Positions 50,713-63,695 of a DNA stretch of 64,000 nucleotides are shown piece after piece. A model generated the notes under the pieces. The model was given only the letters and a program-made list of their open reading frames with translations. It had not been told where the DNA came from and ran no database searches. The DNA is taken from the NCBI RefSeq assembly GCF_006345805.1, contig NC_042998.1, positions 9,362,001-9,426,000 of the forward strand, in the 5' to 3' direction. Position 1 is the stretch's first letter. Every line of letters begins with the position of its first letter. Source of the stretch: Octopus sinensis (lineage: Eukaryota). The translations under genes and the position numbers were made by a program.

Positions 50713-52394
50713 AACTGGTATTATGTAATTAGAACTCAGACACAGTTGTAAATGCATTGTCGCTGTGAAATACACAGACCTCCAGAAGACTCTTTCAAGG
50801 GCTTTCTTCTCTTAGCTGGAGGAGTTAACAATTTTTCAGTATAACAGCTTGATTGTTTTTAAATTATCTTAGCATTTCGAAACAATTCTCTTATCTCTTA
50901 GTTTTATGGAGCCTTTTTTTTTTTTTTTTTTTTTTGTAGAACACAGCTACTTTGGAATTCTAGAACAATTTATACAGTCATTTTAGATGACGCTTTTTAA
51001 TAATGCTACTCATTTAGCAGCAGACTCCTCCAACCTATTCATGCTTTTCGTAAGATATTGCAAATGCATTTGTTGTTTGGAAGTTTTCTGTTGGTTGATG
51101 TGGAACTTTTAGGTGTTGTAGCATTTAGTCCTGTGCTGAAGAGTATTCAGAAAAATACACTGATAAACACTTTTTGTAACATTTTAGCTTTTGTTAGAAA
51201 CTGTTATTAGACTTTCCAGCATGACCAACTGAGACTCTGGATATTATCCAATCATGTTGTTCTTGGTTTACCCTTAGGGCCCCTGCCAGTTGGCTTGAAG
51301 AATCTGTTCAGTGGACCTTTCTTGCAATATTCTAATCTTTTGTCCATGGTACTGGAACAGTAACCTCAATGTAGAGGGGTAGTAGCTTAACCTGGTGAGA
51401 CTCCCTGATCTCCAAGACACACACTGTTAAGTAACATTACCCTAGAGATCCTTTGCAGGAACCCCATTTCAGCCACTTATGTATTTGTTAGCTTATTCTT
51501 TGTCATTATCCAACATTCATAACCATAAGTGAAGATAGGCATGCTTGGGAATCCATGTGAAAACCCTAATGACAATTGCTTCTGATAGGACCCTATGGAA
51601 GAAGTGCCTGAGGACGCTACCCCAGTCCCTCTCAGGAATAGTGAGCAGAGAAGATGGCAGGATGGATGGAAATTTTAGCATGATTACTACATTTTCACTT
51701 TATTTAGGTGACTGGAAGAAATGTCTGACTTGCCTACACAGCTGGAACTTTGAAATTTACAACCAGCATGCATCCTTCCTTTCTGTTTTTCTTTCCTACC
51801 TTCTTTCCGTTCACATCATATTACATCACCTGTGCCTTGTAATAAAGTATTCCTCAGATCAATAAAACTAATAAGTACCACTTGCAGTTTAGAATAATTT
51901 ATTCATTAGGAGGTAGATCTTGTTATGTGTGTAGCCACAATTCATATAAAATCAGCCTAGTTTCCAAAGCCATGCATAAAAGTGTGAGGATAATTGGTCA
52001 GTAATTAAGAACTGAGTTTGAAATCTCTCTGATGCCAGTATATACATGTGTGATTGTACACACACTTGTGCATGCACAATTACAATCACAAACTCCCACT
52101 TAAAAGATTGGTTCACTCAACTAATCTTGTGGTCTGTTCTCTTAATAAAAAGAACAATTGTTTCATTTTAAAATCGAGCAAAGGCATATCACGTGGCAAA
52201 CTTGAAATATTAACAATCAGGCTTTGTATGCAGATTGTGTACACATTCACACAGGGTGTGTCTGTGAGAGTATATTGCATGTGTGTGTATATAATGTGTA
52301 CATGCATATGCTACATATGTTTGGAGAGTGTCTATATGTATACATATGAATACATTGTATGCTTATGTGCATTGCATTGTATATGTGTGTATGT

Positions 52395-52545
52395 ATATCA
52401 GCATTTAGCATCTGATTTCCATGATGGCATGGGTCAGATGGTTTGACAGAAACTAACAAGTCAGAGGGCTGCACCAAGCTCCAGTGTCTGCTTTGGCATA
52501 GTTTCTATAGCTGGATGTCCTTCTTAACATTAACCACTTTACTCT
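52395..52545 (-). mobile_element. Old family C-like tail just upstream of the 68-nt exon
   Basis: ggctgcaccaagctccag...gctggatgtccttcttaac. Confidence 0.6.
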
Positions 52546-52606
52546 GTGTGTGTGTGTGTGTGTGTAAACATTACCTATTTACATGTTTCTTTTCTTTTTT
52601 TTCCAG

Positions 52607-52674
52607 TTTATATTTATTTAAGCTTGGACTTGCTCCTCAAATACAAGATTTGTATGGGAAAATTAATTTCACAG
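52607..52674 (+). CDS. IQGAP1: IQGAP1-like coding exon (68 nt)
   Basis: Polypyrimidine tract plus ttccag| acceptor, G|gtgagt donor. Encodes (S)LYLFKLGLAPQIQDLYGKINFT(E), phase-compatible with both neighbours. Confidence 0.95.
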
Positions 52675-53033
52675 GTGAGTATTTCTTTTACAAATATCAT
52701 ATATGGTACTCATTTCAAATGCATTGAAACAAGAATTGTAAATATAACTATATAAGTGTAAAATCTATTGAAATTAGTGAATTATGGGATTATTGTGAAT
52801 TATGGGAATATAGTGCAATGACAAAAATGCAGTTTATTGAGATGGTTAAATGTATCAAGTGATGGTTGAAGAAATTAAGTCTAATTTCCTCATTTATGGT
52901 CATGAATGGTAAGTAATGACTGAAAGGATGTGCTTGTGAAGACAAGTGGCTGAAATGGGGTTCTGCTTAAGGATTTCTGTAATATTATTATTCGATAGGC
53001 TGCATAGCTTGGAGATCACAGATTCTCCCGAGG

Positions 53034-53432
53034 TCAAGCCACTACTTCTCTGCATTGAGAGGTCACAGCTCTGGTTATTACAGTTATGTGATTAGAATGT
53101 TGTAGGAAAGCCTTGCAAAACGAATTCTTCAAGCCTAGCCAATTGGTGGCAGACCAAGAACAAGATGGTCTTAATTGGTTGTGCTCTGGAATCCAGCTGG
53201 AAAGTCTGACTGTTGCATCTGATAGGACCTTATGGAGGAGATGCTCAAGGACTTGACCTCCAGAATCCTCCCAGGAATAGTAGGTAGAGAAGATGGATAG
53301 ATGGATGGATTCAAGATACTGGATCTCATGAAGGTCTGCAACATGTGATGTGATACCATGATGTAGATCCAGATAATTAATACTACTATGGGATGGGGTG
53401 GAGGCAAAAAACATGGCTCTAATTATTACCAA
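53034..53432 (-). mobile_element. Decayed LINE RT fragment (I/Jockey/CR1-like)
   Basis: Frameshifted motifs resembling GF..STxDHL, INYLDL and GQVLE...LSD. Confidence 0.35.
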
Positions 53433-53453
53433 TTTATAATTTTATAATCCTTT

Positions 53454-53822
53454 GCTCCATGGCTCAGTGGTTAGAGTGTTGAGCTTACGATTGTGAGATT
53501 GTGACTTCGAATCCCAGACCGGGCTGCGTGTTATGTTCTTGAGCAAGACACTTTATTTCACGTTGTTCCAGTTCACTCAGCTGTAGAAATGAGTTGCAAC
53601 GTCACAGGTGCCAAGCTGTATCGGCCCCTTTGCCTTTCCCTTGGATAACAGTGGTGGCATGGAGAGGGGAGGCCGGTATGCATGGGCGACTGCTGGTCTT
53701 CCATAAACAACCTTGCCCGGACTTGTGCCTGGAAGGGTAACTTTCTAGGTGCAATCCCATGGTCAGCCATGACCAAGGAGGGGTCTCAGCAATCCTTTAC
53801 AGGTTTCACTTCACTTCACTCT
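53454..53822 (+). mobile_element. Family F tRNA-derived SINE with CORE-like segment
   Basis: A box tggctcagtgg, B-box-like gacttcgaatcc, CORE-like ttgagcaagacactttatttcac, (TTCAC)n end. Confidence 0.7.
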
Positions 53823-54699
53823 TCTTATCTATACTTCCTCAGCCTCCTTTTTTTTTTATATTTCTCAAAATTTACATTGTTTTTTTTTTTTATGCCTATT
53901 TGTGATATTTAGATTCCAGGTAGCTTGCATTTACTCAATAGAACGTGTTACTAGTTAAATAATTCCTTAGTTTAGCACATAAAATGTTTATAATTATCAA
54001 GAAAAAAAGAAAAGCAGTTCCATAAAAGAAAAATAAGATAATCTGCATCAAAATGAAAGCATTTATTGGCTGTTCGTCCAAAAAATATCGATAATTTTTA
54101 ACTGTAAATTAGAATATTATGAAAGATAGATAAGATTTAAATGATTTTACAATGTCTTAATTAATCTTTATTAAATTAAACATTAATCTTCATCAACAGT
54201 TACTTTCAACTTATTGAAATAATTGTAAAAATGTATGGTTTCTGGGAGTTTTTGTTTTGTTTTGTTTTTTTTCATTTTTTAAATGATTGTTTCAGTTATA
54301 AATTTACATTCACAGACTGGAATGGAGGCTCAGTGTTTAAGTACTATTTGATTGAGGACGTTGCTTTGTTGTTCCCTGTATACAGCTTATATAGTTAGAT
54401 GAAAAATAATATTAATATGCTAAATGTTTGAGAAAACCTGTATAGACCACCACTCATAGTCAGAAGGCTTTTATAATTTCAATTGTACCATGAAGGGAAC
54501 AATTCATCTATTTCTTAGATTGCATATATATATAATCATTTCATTTCAAAGGATGACTTAATGAAGAAATGATATAGGATTAAGAGTTCATAAGGATTAA
54601 CTTAGAGATCTAAGAAACCTCTTCATTTAATTTTATGAGGTTAAACAAATGAAAACTGCAAATCTAACTGTGGATCAAGTGAATAAGTAGTAGATGGCC

Positions 54700-54922
54700 T
54701 TAACCCTTTCGTTACCGTATTTATTTTGAGATGCTCTGTTTTTCTTTCAATTACTTTAAATATAACAAAGAATTTAGTAAAATGACTTAGTTATCGTTAA
54801 GCTAGTGTTAGGAACATAAATTGTGACTAAGGTTTGACAGAAGATTTTAATTCAAAACTTTTGAAAACAAGACATTTGTGCTACAGAGCCGGTTTCAGCC
54901 GGGTTGGTAACAAAAGGGTTAA
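54700..54922. mobile_element. piggyBac-like MITE, second family
   Basis: TTAA-CCCTTTCGTTACC ... GGTAACAAAAGGG-TTAA. Confidence 0.85.
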
Positions 54923-55329
54923 AGTACATATATCTATTGAAAACTGGTAGCTTTAAATGTTATTTATCATTTCTAAATCTACAAAATTTCTTTTCACTGC
55001 TATATTTTTTTTTTATTAGAAAAATGGAATCACTTAGAAAATGACAGTTATATATTTGTTAATTTCAGTTAGTTCAGTACTTGTACAGGACACAATGTGG
55101 AGGGTCACTGAGAAACTCACAACTCGTTAGTTAATTGGCTAACATCATATACCCACCCACCCCCTTATGAATCCTATTCATTTCATAATGATTATAATTA
55201 AGTACTTAAATTGTTAGCTATTTTATTACATTTTTAGTATTTATATAATTGTAAGGCAGTGATCTAGTAGAATCATTAGCAAGTCAGACAAAATTCTTCA
55301 TTGCATTTCTTCTGGCTCTTTAGATTCCT

Positions 55330-55812
55330 CATCATCATCATCATCTTTGTTTAACGTCTGTTTTCCATGCTAGCATTGGTTGGACAGTTCGACTGGGGCC
55401 TGGGAAGCCGGGAGGCTGCATCAGGCTCCACTCTGATCTGGCAGTATTTCTACAGCTGGATGCCCTTCCTAACACCAACCATTCCATAAGTGTAGTGGGT
55501 GCTTTTTATGTGCCACCGGCACAGGGGCCAGAGGAGGCTGGAAAATGGCCACGATTGGTTGGTGCTTTTTACATGTCTCCGGCACAGACGCCAGTCAAGG
55601 CAGCGCTGGCATCGGTCACGTTCGGATGATGCTTCTTACGTGCCACCAGCACGGGGATCACAACTACAATTTCCATTTGATTTTGATGTTGATGTTGATG
55701 CACTTGACTCAATAGGTCTCCTCAAGCACAGTGGGTCACTCTACAACCCAAGGTTAGCACAGCAGGCCATCCTGCGAGCCATGAACTCACTTCATTTGTC
55801 TGGTCTTCACAG
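55330..55812 (-). mobile_element. Longest family C copy, reaching the end of an RTE-type ORF; inserted in an old B-like SINE
   Basis: Minus strand: ...VKTRQMK-stop, unique UTR, three modules, tail, (GAT)n. The host SINE halves are at about 55255-55329 and 55813-55952. Confidence 0.75.
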
Positions 55813-56134
55813 GGTTCAAACTCCACTAAGGTTAACTTTGCCTTTCATCCTTTTAAGGTCAATAAAATCAGTACTAGTTGAACATTGGGATTGATGTAAT
55901 TGACTTACCCACTTCCTTAAAATTGCTGGCTTTGTGCCAAAAATTAAAACCATTTTATTATAATTGTGAGTTCAGAAAAGTATACAGCAATACCTTTTAA
56001 GCAGTTTTAAGTAATGAAGAAACAATATCCATTAGTCAAACTTGTTAAAATCTATCAACTCCCTTAAATTTCTGGAAGTGGTTAGAATTAACATTTCATT
56101 AAACATTAAAAATATTTTGTGTTTGTTCTTGCAG

Positions 56135-56226
56135 AGGAGGAGATTAGTAACATGAGAAAAGAGCTGGAGAAATATGGAATCCAAATGCCATCTTTTGGTA
56201 AAATTGGTGGAATTTTAGCTAATGAG
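56135..56226 (+). CDS. IQGAP1: IQGAP1-like coding exon (92 nt)
   Basis: ttgcag| acceptor, |gtaagt donor. Encodes (E)EEISNMRKELEKYGIQMPSFGKIGGILANE. Confidence 0.95.
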
Positions 56227-57042
56227 GTAAGTAAATTTGTATCACTTTTATGAGATTTTGCATAACAAATGGTTAAAGTGACATCAAATATTAATTTCTG
56301 AGATTTACTTAAATAGCTCAAGTTCAAATGCTGACACAAACATTAATCCTTGTAACTTTATTTTAATGCAGTATAAATAGAAATGGTTTGTTGAATCAGT
56401 GTCATATCTTTCAATATATATTTGAAGTGGGATTTCTCTGAAGCATAATTCTTCAAATTTTTCTTATGCTATATGTTTAAACTAATAATGTCTCAATATA
56501 AATTATCTTTATTTACCACACTCAGATGATTATTTTGGAGTTTATATTCAATCAGTGATTTTTTTCTCAGGCTTAAGTTCAAATTTTTATGGTAAAATGT
56601 TTAGAATATTTCCGTTCACTGTCTTTGAGGCAGGTGGAGCAGAATAAATGTGTGAATCACTTGGGAAAAAGAAAAACAAAATAAATCAAACTGAGACTCA
56701 AAAGATTTCTTTTTACTTTATTGAAAATTTATAGATTTAGTAAAAGCTTGTTTGTATTGAATAAAATATGTAAGATAAGCAGTTTACTTGAGAGGATAAA
56801 AATTTTATCTTCAGTTTGTTGCAGACTAGATTCATTCATTCAGATCAGAGTTTTTGGTTATTTTTTATTTATTTTTTTATCACTACATCAGCTGTATTAG
56901 AAATAAGAATTCTAAGTCGTTTTCATTTGCAAGAAGTATAGTAGGGTTGACCATAATTTAGCTCTTAGTTGTTTGACCTTTTAATTGTTGTACTTGAAAC
57001 ATTATTTTTGTAATCTGTCGTTTGATGTCTCATACCTCTGTT

Positions 57043-57288
57043 CATCATCATCATCATACGTCCATTTTCCATGCTAGCATGGGTTGGACGGTTCGACTGG
57101 GGATCTGGGAAGCCAGAAGGCTGCACCAGGCTCCAGTCTGATCTGGCAGTGTTTCTACAGCTGGTTGCCCTTCCTAGCGCCAACCACTCCGTGAGTGTAG
57201 TGGGTGCTTTTTACGTGCCACCTGCACAGGTGCCAGGCGAGGCTGGCAAACGGCCACGATCGGATTGGTGCATTTTACGTACCACCAG
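57043..57288 (-). mobile_element. Family C copy
   Basis: (CAT)n at the left, two modules. Confidence 0.85.
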
Positions 57289-57613
57289 TCCTGTTAAAAT
57301 CATATTTTGGTCTCAAGGAAACAAGTATGACTGTCAAGAAGCTTTCTTTGCAATCAGTCATTTGGTTCTAGGTTTGATCTCACCATGCAACATCTTGGTC
57401 AAAAATCTCTCTTATCACTGGGTTAACAGTCACGAATGATCAGGGGATTGCACCTAGAAAGTTCCCCTCCAAGTCCAGGCAAAGTTTGCAGTTGCCCATG
57501 CATACCATGCCACTGATGTTGTCCAAGGACAATTCAGCTCGGTACTAGTGACATCACCACCCATTTCTACAGTTGAGTGGACTTGGGTTAATACTGTAGT
57601 GGTATTTGGTATA

Positions 57614-57834
57614 AGGCGGCGAGCTGGCAGAAACGTTAGCACGCAGACGAAATGCATAGCCATATTTCGTCTGCCGTTACGTTCTGAGTTCAAATTCCGC
57701 CGAGGTCGACTTTGCCTTTCATCCTTTCGGGGTCAATAAATTGAGTACCAGTTACGCACTGGGGTCGAAGTAATCGACTTAATCTCCTTGTCTGTCCTCT
57801 CTGTGTTTAGCCCCTTGTGGGTAGTAAAGAAATA
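57614..57834 (+). mobile_element. Family B SINE monomer
   Basis: 13-bp TSD GGTATTTGGTATA at 57601-57613 and 57835-57847. Confidence 0.9.
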
Positions 57835-58606
57835 GGTATTTGGTATATGAAGATGTTGAAGTTTGTGTATGTATCTATTAGCTAAGGAAATCATAAACTG
57901 ATGTTTTTGAATAAAAATGTGTGATATTTGTTCTGCTTAGTTAGACAATCTCTTGTCACTCACCTCATCAGAAAATCTGTGAACTATTAATTACACCATG
58001 AAGAAGTCTGTAACTGATCATGCTATTTTTTTTCTCTCGGTGCCTTTTAGAAATAAATAATTTCCTCACCTTTCAATTTTCTGCTCTTGCTTGTTCATAA
58101 CACAAATAGCACTAACTACCAGCCCTCCAAGAAAGTTTCTTTCTATCCAAGAAATAAATCAATACTTGTGGTATGCGGTGGGAGAGGGGAGGGAAAAATT
58201 CCAAGTTAACATACCCAGAATTATCTTTCTGTAGCCTGGTTAAAATGTTTCTGTAGGTTTTCATAAGGATTCTGTTCAACACTGTTTTGTATAAATCAAT
58301 AAGGAAGCAATATTTCTGAAATGTTGTTATCTAATATTAATTAGATAAGATTGTTACTAGTTTCCAAGTCATTATGACCTGTCAGGATGAAATTCTTATT
58401 TTAAACTCTCTTTGCCTGCATGCAAAAATGTGTGCTCATTACATACCAGAAGATAATAATAATAATAACGAAGCTAAAACGAGCTGTGATAAATGTGACT
58501 ATTGCATGCTTATTTACATATGCATTTTTGAACCTTATCAATAATTATTAAAGATCTGTGTCAAGTCCACTAAACGGTTTTTTTTTTTTTTTACTTTTTG
58601 TTTTAG

Positions 58607-58628
58607 ATGTCTGTTGATGATGCAGCAT
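58607..58628 (+). CDS. IQGAP1: IQGAP1-like 22-nt coding microexon
   Basis: Long T tract plus ttttag| acceptor, T|gtaagt donor. Encodes MSVDDAA plus the first base of the next codon, continuing ...ILANE as in the IQGAP motif ANELSVDEAAL. Confidence 0.85.
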
Positions 58629-58691
58629 GTAAGTATTAAGTGTTTTTGTTGTTGACTTTTAGTTTTTGTTTGTTCTTTTTTTATTTATTTA

Positions 58692-59077
58692 CTAGCAGTA
58701 TCGCCCGGCGTTGCTCGGGTTTGTAAGGGAAATAACTATATAAGCATTTTTAGAGAGTTATAGCCAAGAAAATAACAAAAAAATGCATTAAAAATGGGGG
58801 AAAAATTATGGTAAATTTTTTTTAAATCGTTGACTCATCGTAGACATTTTTAGAGAGTTACTTCCCTTATATTATAGCGAAAAAATGCATTAAAATGGAA
58901 AAAAATGATCGTAAATTTTTTTTTAAATCGTAGACTCATCGCCCAGAAGGGCTCGATATGAATCACGACTATAAGATACCTGGTTTTTCGTTAAACTGCA
59001 CCGCAAAATGTGGGAGTAGTTAGGAATCTAAATCGTAGGAGACAGACAGCACACAACTTCACTTTTATATATAAAGA
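58692..59077 (-). mobile_element. Non-autonomous Helitron
   Basis: Minus strand begins TC, ends with a GC-rich hairpin (forward 58704-58719) and CTAG, inserted between A and T with no TSD; internal tandem duplication of about 100 bp. Confidence 0.85.
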
Positions 59078-61993
59078 TTTCACTGAGTTTAACTAAATGT
59101 AAGCTCATTCATTCACTTAGATACATACACATATATAGATGTGAGTTCACATATATTAATTCATACTTTTTCAAATAACAAAGATTCTTATGTTCATCTA
59201 ATTTGTAAGACTGTTGTGTTTAGCATGTTTTAAATGTTTACATGTTATTTTTTGTTTGTTCTTTGTTTTTTTTGTGTGTGTGTGTGTAGTTTTTATCACT
59301 AATTTCTGAAAGTGTTTTAATGATAATTTAAAAGATCTGAAAATGATTGCAACATTGTGTGTTCTTAAAACTTCAATTTTGGTAAATTGTATTGTACTGT
59401 ATCCACATGCTGGCTTTGTAAATTTGGAGAATATATCTGTCATCTGATATCCTCCAGCCAAATTTACAAGATTAGAAATATTTTCAATGGATTTTGATTT
59501 TGATAAATTATGCTATTGGTCTTAAACTAAACTTAGCTATTTTCTAAATCAGTTATATAAAAAATGAAAAAATCATCAGTCAATGAACTACAATGTGACA
59601 TTGTGTGTGTGCATATGCTCTTCCCCTACCTCTCTTTCTCTCATTGTCCTCTCCCCACAACTTATCCACCACTTCAACATCTCGTCTTTCCCTCTTTTAG
59701 CCCTCCTCCACAAACCCCTCATGCCTTTCTTTCTTTCATTGACCCTCTCCCCACAGCCTCTCTGAATTCTTGCCACCCTCACCTTTTTCTCTTTTCTATG
59801 TTCTCTTTCCCTCATCTTCACCTTTATATCATGAGATAGCACTGAATTCCATCATCCTTAGTATTTTTCTCTCTCTCATTTTCTCTAAGCCTTGATATTA
59901 CTCCCTTCTCCAGTCCACTGCCCTTTCCACACACCCCATTAATGTCTATTCTGTTACTTTCTCTACCCTCTCAACACAAAACCTTTCCCTTTCATATCTT
60001 ACCTAATTTCCTTTCATTTAGAGGGGCTCTTTAGCTTTGCAAGTTACAAGGCAACCTATTTATCACTAGTGATGGTACCACGAATAAAAGCATCCAGTAC
60101 ACTCTAAGTGGTTGGTATTATGTAGGGCATCCAGTTAAAGAAACCATGCCAAAACTAAGATATTAGAGCATGATGTGGTCTTGTGTTTCATCACTATCAA
60201 ACTGGCCAGTCCATATCAGCATGCAAAGTGGGTTTAAAGGAGGATGATAGTGAGGGAAACAGATAAAAGCACTCATTGCTTTTGTTTAATAATTTTGAAA
60301 CTTGAAAATTTTTTATATACTTCTCATCACCAAAGTCAGTCAGTGAAAGTAATTTTTTCAAATCTGGTCTAAATTCGTTTGAGGAAGCAGATTGTTGGCA
60401 AATAGTATTTAAATGGAAAACCTTATTTAATAAGTCTTTTAATAGATTTAACTTAAAAACATTATATATCTCTAAAGATAGATCTGAAATTTGCAAAAGA
60501 ATTCTGTTCCTAAAAGATTGAGATTTTTGTCCTGATACAGAAAAAAGGATACAGATATAAATATGGGTGTGCAAAGAATGCAATGTATGGCCATTTCTAT
60601 ATTAGACCATGTAATATTAGCTCTACATTCTATGGATTATAATCTATTTTTTTTATTCCTCTATTAACATAAGGTATATTTTTTTAAGTTTTAGTAATTT
60701 GCCACAAAATCTTGCTCTTAAACATTTTCTGCACTAGATATATGCTTTTTGTAGAAAAACTGGTTCAGTTATAGTTCTTATACATTGTTTAGTTATTCAA
60801 TCACTCTTAGAAATAGATTTGAATAGGTAATTAGGTTCTAATTTCCTAAACTATATTTATTGCCTACTCTTACACTTTCTATAGTCAATAGATTTAAAGC
60901 AGTTATCAAATTCAGCTGCTGCAATTTATTGATGTGAGAATTATCAATTTTATATAACTTGGCAAAAAAAAAAAGAAAGAAAAGAATATATAGCTATAGT
61001 TTATTGTCTAAAAATGAGAATAGAAAAAAAAATCTGTCCAATTCCATTCTTCCCTTACTTCTGAATATTTTGTTTCCATTCTATTTTCAACTTTTCCCTT
61101 TCATCCTGCTGGTTTATTTATTTAACAGTTCTACTTTTACCACCTATCCTTATTTCTCCTACGTTCACATTTACCTAACTAAATTACTGAGATTTTCTCC
61201 ATGAAGATATGTGAGGAATGAAGCAAAATGAAAATGTCAGTTTCTAACTGATTGGAAAAATAATTTGGCAAAAATAATTATGTTCACATTGTATAAAACT
61301 AGCGCTTCGTTTTTAGCACACTAGACATTGAAGAATGTCTAAACCAAAACTTATGCTTTTGTTGAAATATTTTGAATTATATTTTTCTCTTTTGGTATGA
61401 TGTGATTGTTAGGATTAATCTTATTTGAAGTGTTAATGGTTAGGAAGATTCTAGTCTAAGCCGCTTAATGTTACCATGCACCTAATAATTGGATGTAATG
61501 ATTTAAACCATATCTGACATTGATAAAATGGATTTTTTTTTTTTGAGTGCATTTAATTAGAAAATGTCAATGCTTTATTTAGCCATCGTGTATTTTTATT
61601 ATTTGGCAGTACCATTACAGAATTCGGAAAAAAATGTCTTGCAGTATTTGTTCTGGATCTTTACATTCTGAATTCAAATCCTGCCTGGAAAAACTTTTTC
61701 AACACTCTGGAGTTAATAGAATAAAGTGCCAGTCATATGCTGGGGTTGAGGAATAAAAGTAACAGTCAAATACTGTGATTGATGGTATCCTCCTCCCTTC
61801 AAAACTGTGGGCCTTGTACCTAAATCAGAAACAATTATTCTTTTTTGTTATATGATGCTAAGAGTATATTTTCTTAGATTTGGAAAATAGCATTCTGTAA
61901 ATCTGATTGCCAGTAGCAATGGGCCACAATGATCTGTACATCTTTTCCCTTGGTGAATGCTAATTGGTATTGGTTTCAGGTATTGGTATTGGT

Positions 61994-62227
61994 GAAGGCG
62001 GCGAGCTGGCAGAAACGTTAGCACGCCGGCCGAAATGCATAGCCGTATTTCGTCTGCCATTACGTTCTGAGTTCAAATTCTGCCGAGGTCGACTTTGCCT
62101 TTCATCCTTTCGGGGTCGATTAAATAAGTACCAGTTATGCACTGGGGTCGATATAATCGACTTAATCCATTTGTCTGTCCTTGTTTGTCCTCTCTGTGTT
62201 TAGCCCCTTGTGGGTAGTAAAGAAATA
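61994..62227 (+). mobile_element. Family B SINE monomer
   Basis: Family match; GGTATTGGT at 61985-61993 and 62228-62236. Confidence 0.9.
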
Positions 62228-63071
62228 GGTATTGGTTTAAAGTTTGAAGCAGCTTCTGGGAGTATTACATTGGAAGGGTTCAGGCTAATAGAGAATTGAG
62301 GAGTTAATAAGTTTGTAAATTGAGTTGACCTATGTGGAAAAGGTATTTCTATAACGGTAAAAGCACAAGTTATTTATCATCTTTTAGCTTTAGAGTATAC
62401 AAAAGAGAGAGAATTGTAATAACCAATCCATGGTTAAGTTGACAACTTCAGCCAAATCAATGAAATTTATTTAAAATAATAAAAAAAATTTTTTTTTTCT
62501 ATCTACTGTAAATTAAAAAGTAACAATTATTTTGAAAATGCAAATCTTGTATATTTGTTTATTTACTGCCCGTTTTTATTCTTTCAAATAAATAGTGGCT
62601 ACACTTGAAATCTAAATCATTCCTAACTAACTTGAATGCTAAATGGTTTTAATATACCTATATAGAGAGCTTTATTGCAGTCTTGCTAGTAGACATTTAC
62701 ATATGTGTTTGTATGTGTGTGAGAGAGAGAGTAGTGGAGAGAGAGGTATTTATTTCACAGCTGCAGAAGCAAATCTAATATTGTGAATTGAATTAGTTGC
62801 TTGAAATCAAATTTATTCTTGAATGAAGTTTGGATATATTATCAGATATAATTCTACTCAGCTCCGAGGCAAGAAATGTGCATATGTTATGTATATGATG
62901 TACATAGAGTTAGTTTTGTACCTTGGTTTTTAATTTGATACCAGTGGTTTTAATGGTCATGACATTTTAAAAAAACTTTTAGGTCTAAATGAAAATATCT
63001 ATAACTGGATTTAAATGTGATATGGTTTGTAAAATTACTCGAAAAAAAAAACAGTAGGATTGGTTGAGTGT

Positions 63072-63300
63072 TTAACCCTTTAGCATTTAAACCGGCCATA
63101 TCCAGCCAAAAGTATCTGTCTGTTTTATGTGCAAACTGGCCAGATCTGGTCTCTCACACCAGCCCTGCAATATCATTTTAAAAATTAACAGCTTCCTCAT
63201 CAAAATCTCATTGCTACAAGATAATGCATGATTAGTTTCAAAACAGTGTGGATGAAAAAGCATAAATTTTGGCAGAATAATGTGAACACTAAAGGGTTAA
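63072..63300. mobile_element. piggyBac-like MITE
   Basis: TTAA-CCCTTTAG ... CTAAAGGG-TTAA. Confidence 0.85.
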
Positions 63301-63449
63301 GATGTTGAATTACATAACAGTCAGGAAGTTAGAACTTGCAACAGACCTAGTGTTATTTTTGAGCAGTGATTGCATTTGTCAGTTTTATTTATTTATTTCA
63401 TTTATGAACAATGACTTATTAAAATGAAATTAAATAGCTAGCATGAAGT

Positions 63450-63662
63450 GCTGGCACCAAGTAAAATGTATCCATGCTGGTACCACATAAAAAGCACCCT
63501 GTACACTCTGTAAAGTATTTGGTGTTAGGAAGGGCATCCAGCCATAGAAACTATCAAAATAGACAATTGATGCTGGGTGCAGTTCTCCAGCCTGCCAGCT
63601 CCTGTCATACTGTCCATCCCGTACCAGTATGGAAAACAGACATTAGATGATGATGATGATGA
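63450..63662 (+). mobile_element. Old family C-like tail
   Basis: aaaagcaccctgtacactctg...ggaagggcatccagcc...(GAT)n. Confidence 0.65.
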
Positions 63663-63695
63663 AGTAAATACTTATTAAATTTAGACATTTTCTTT

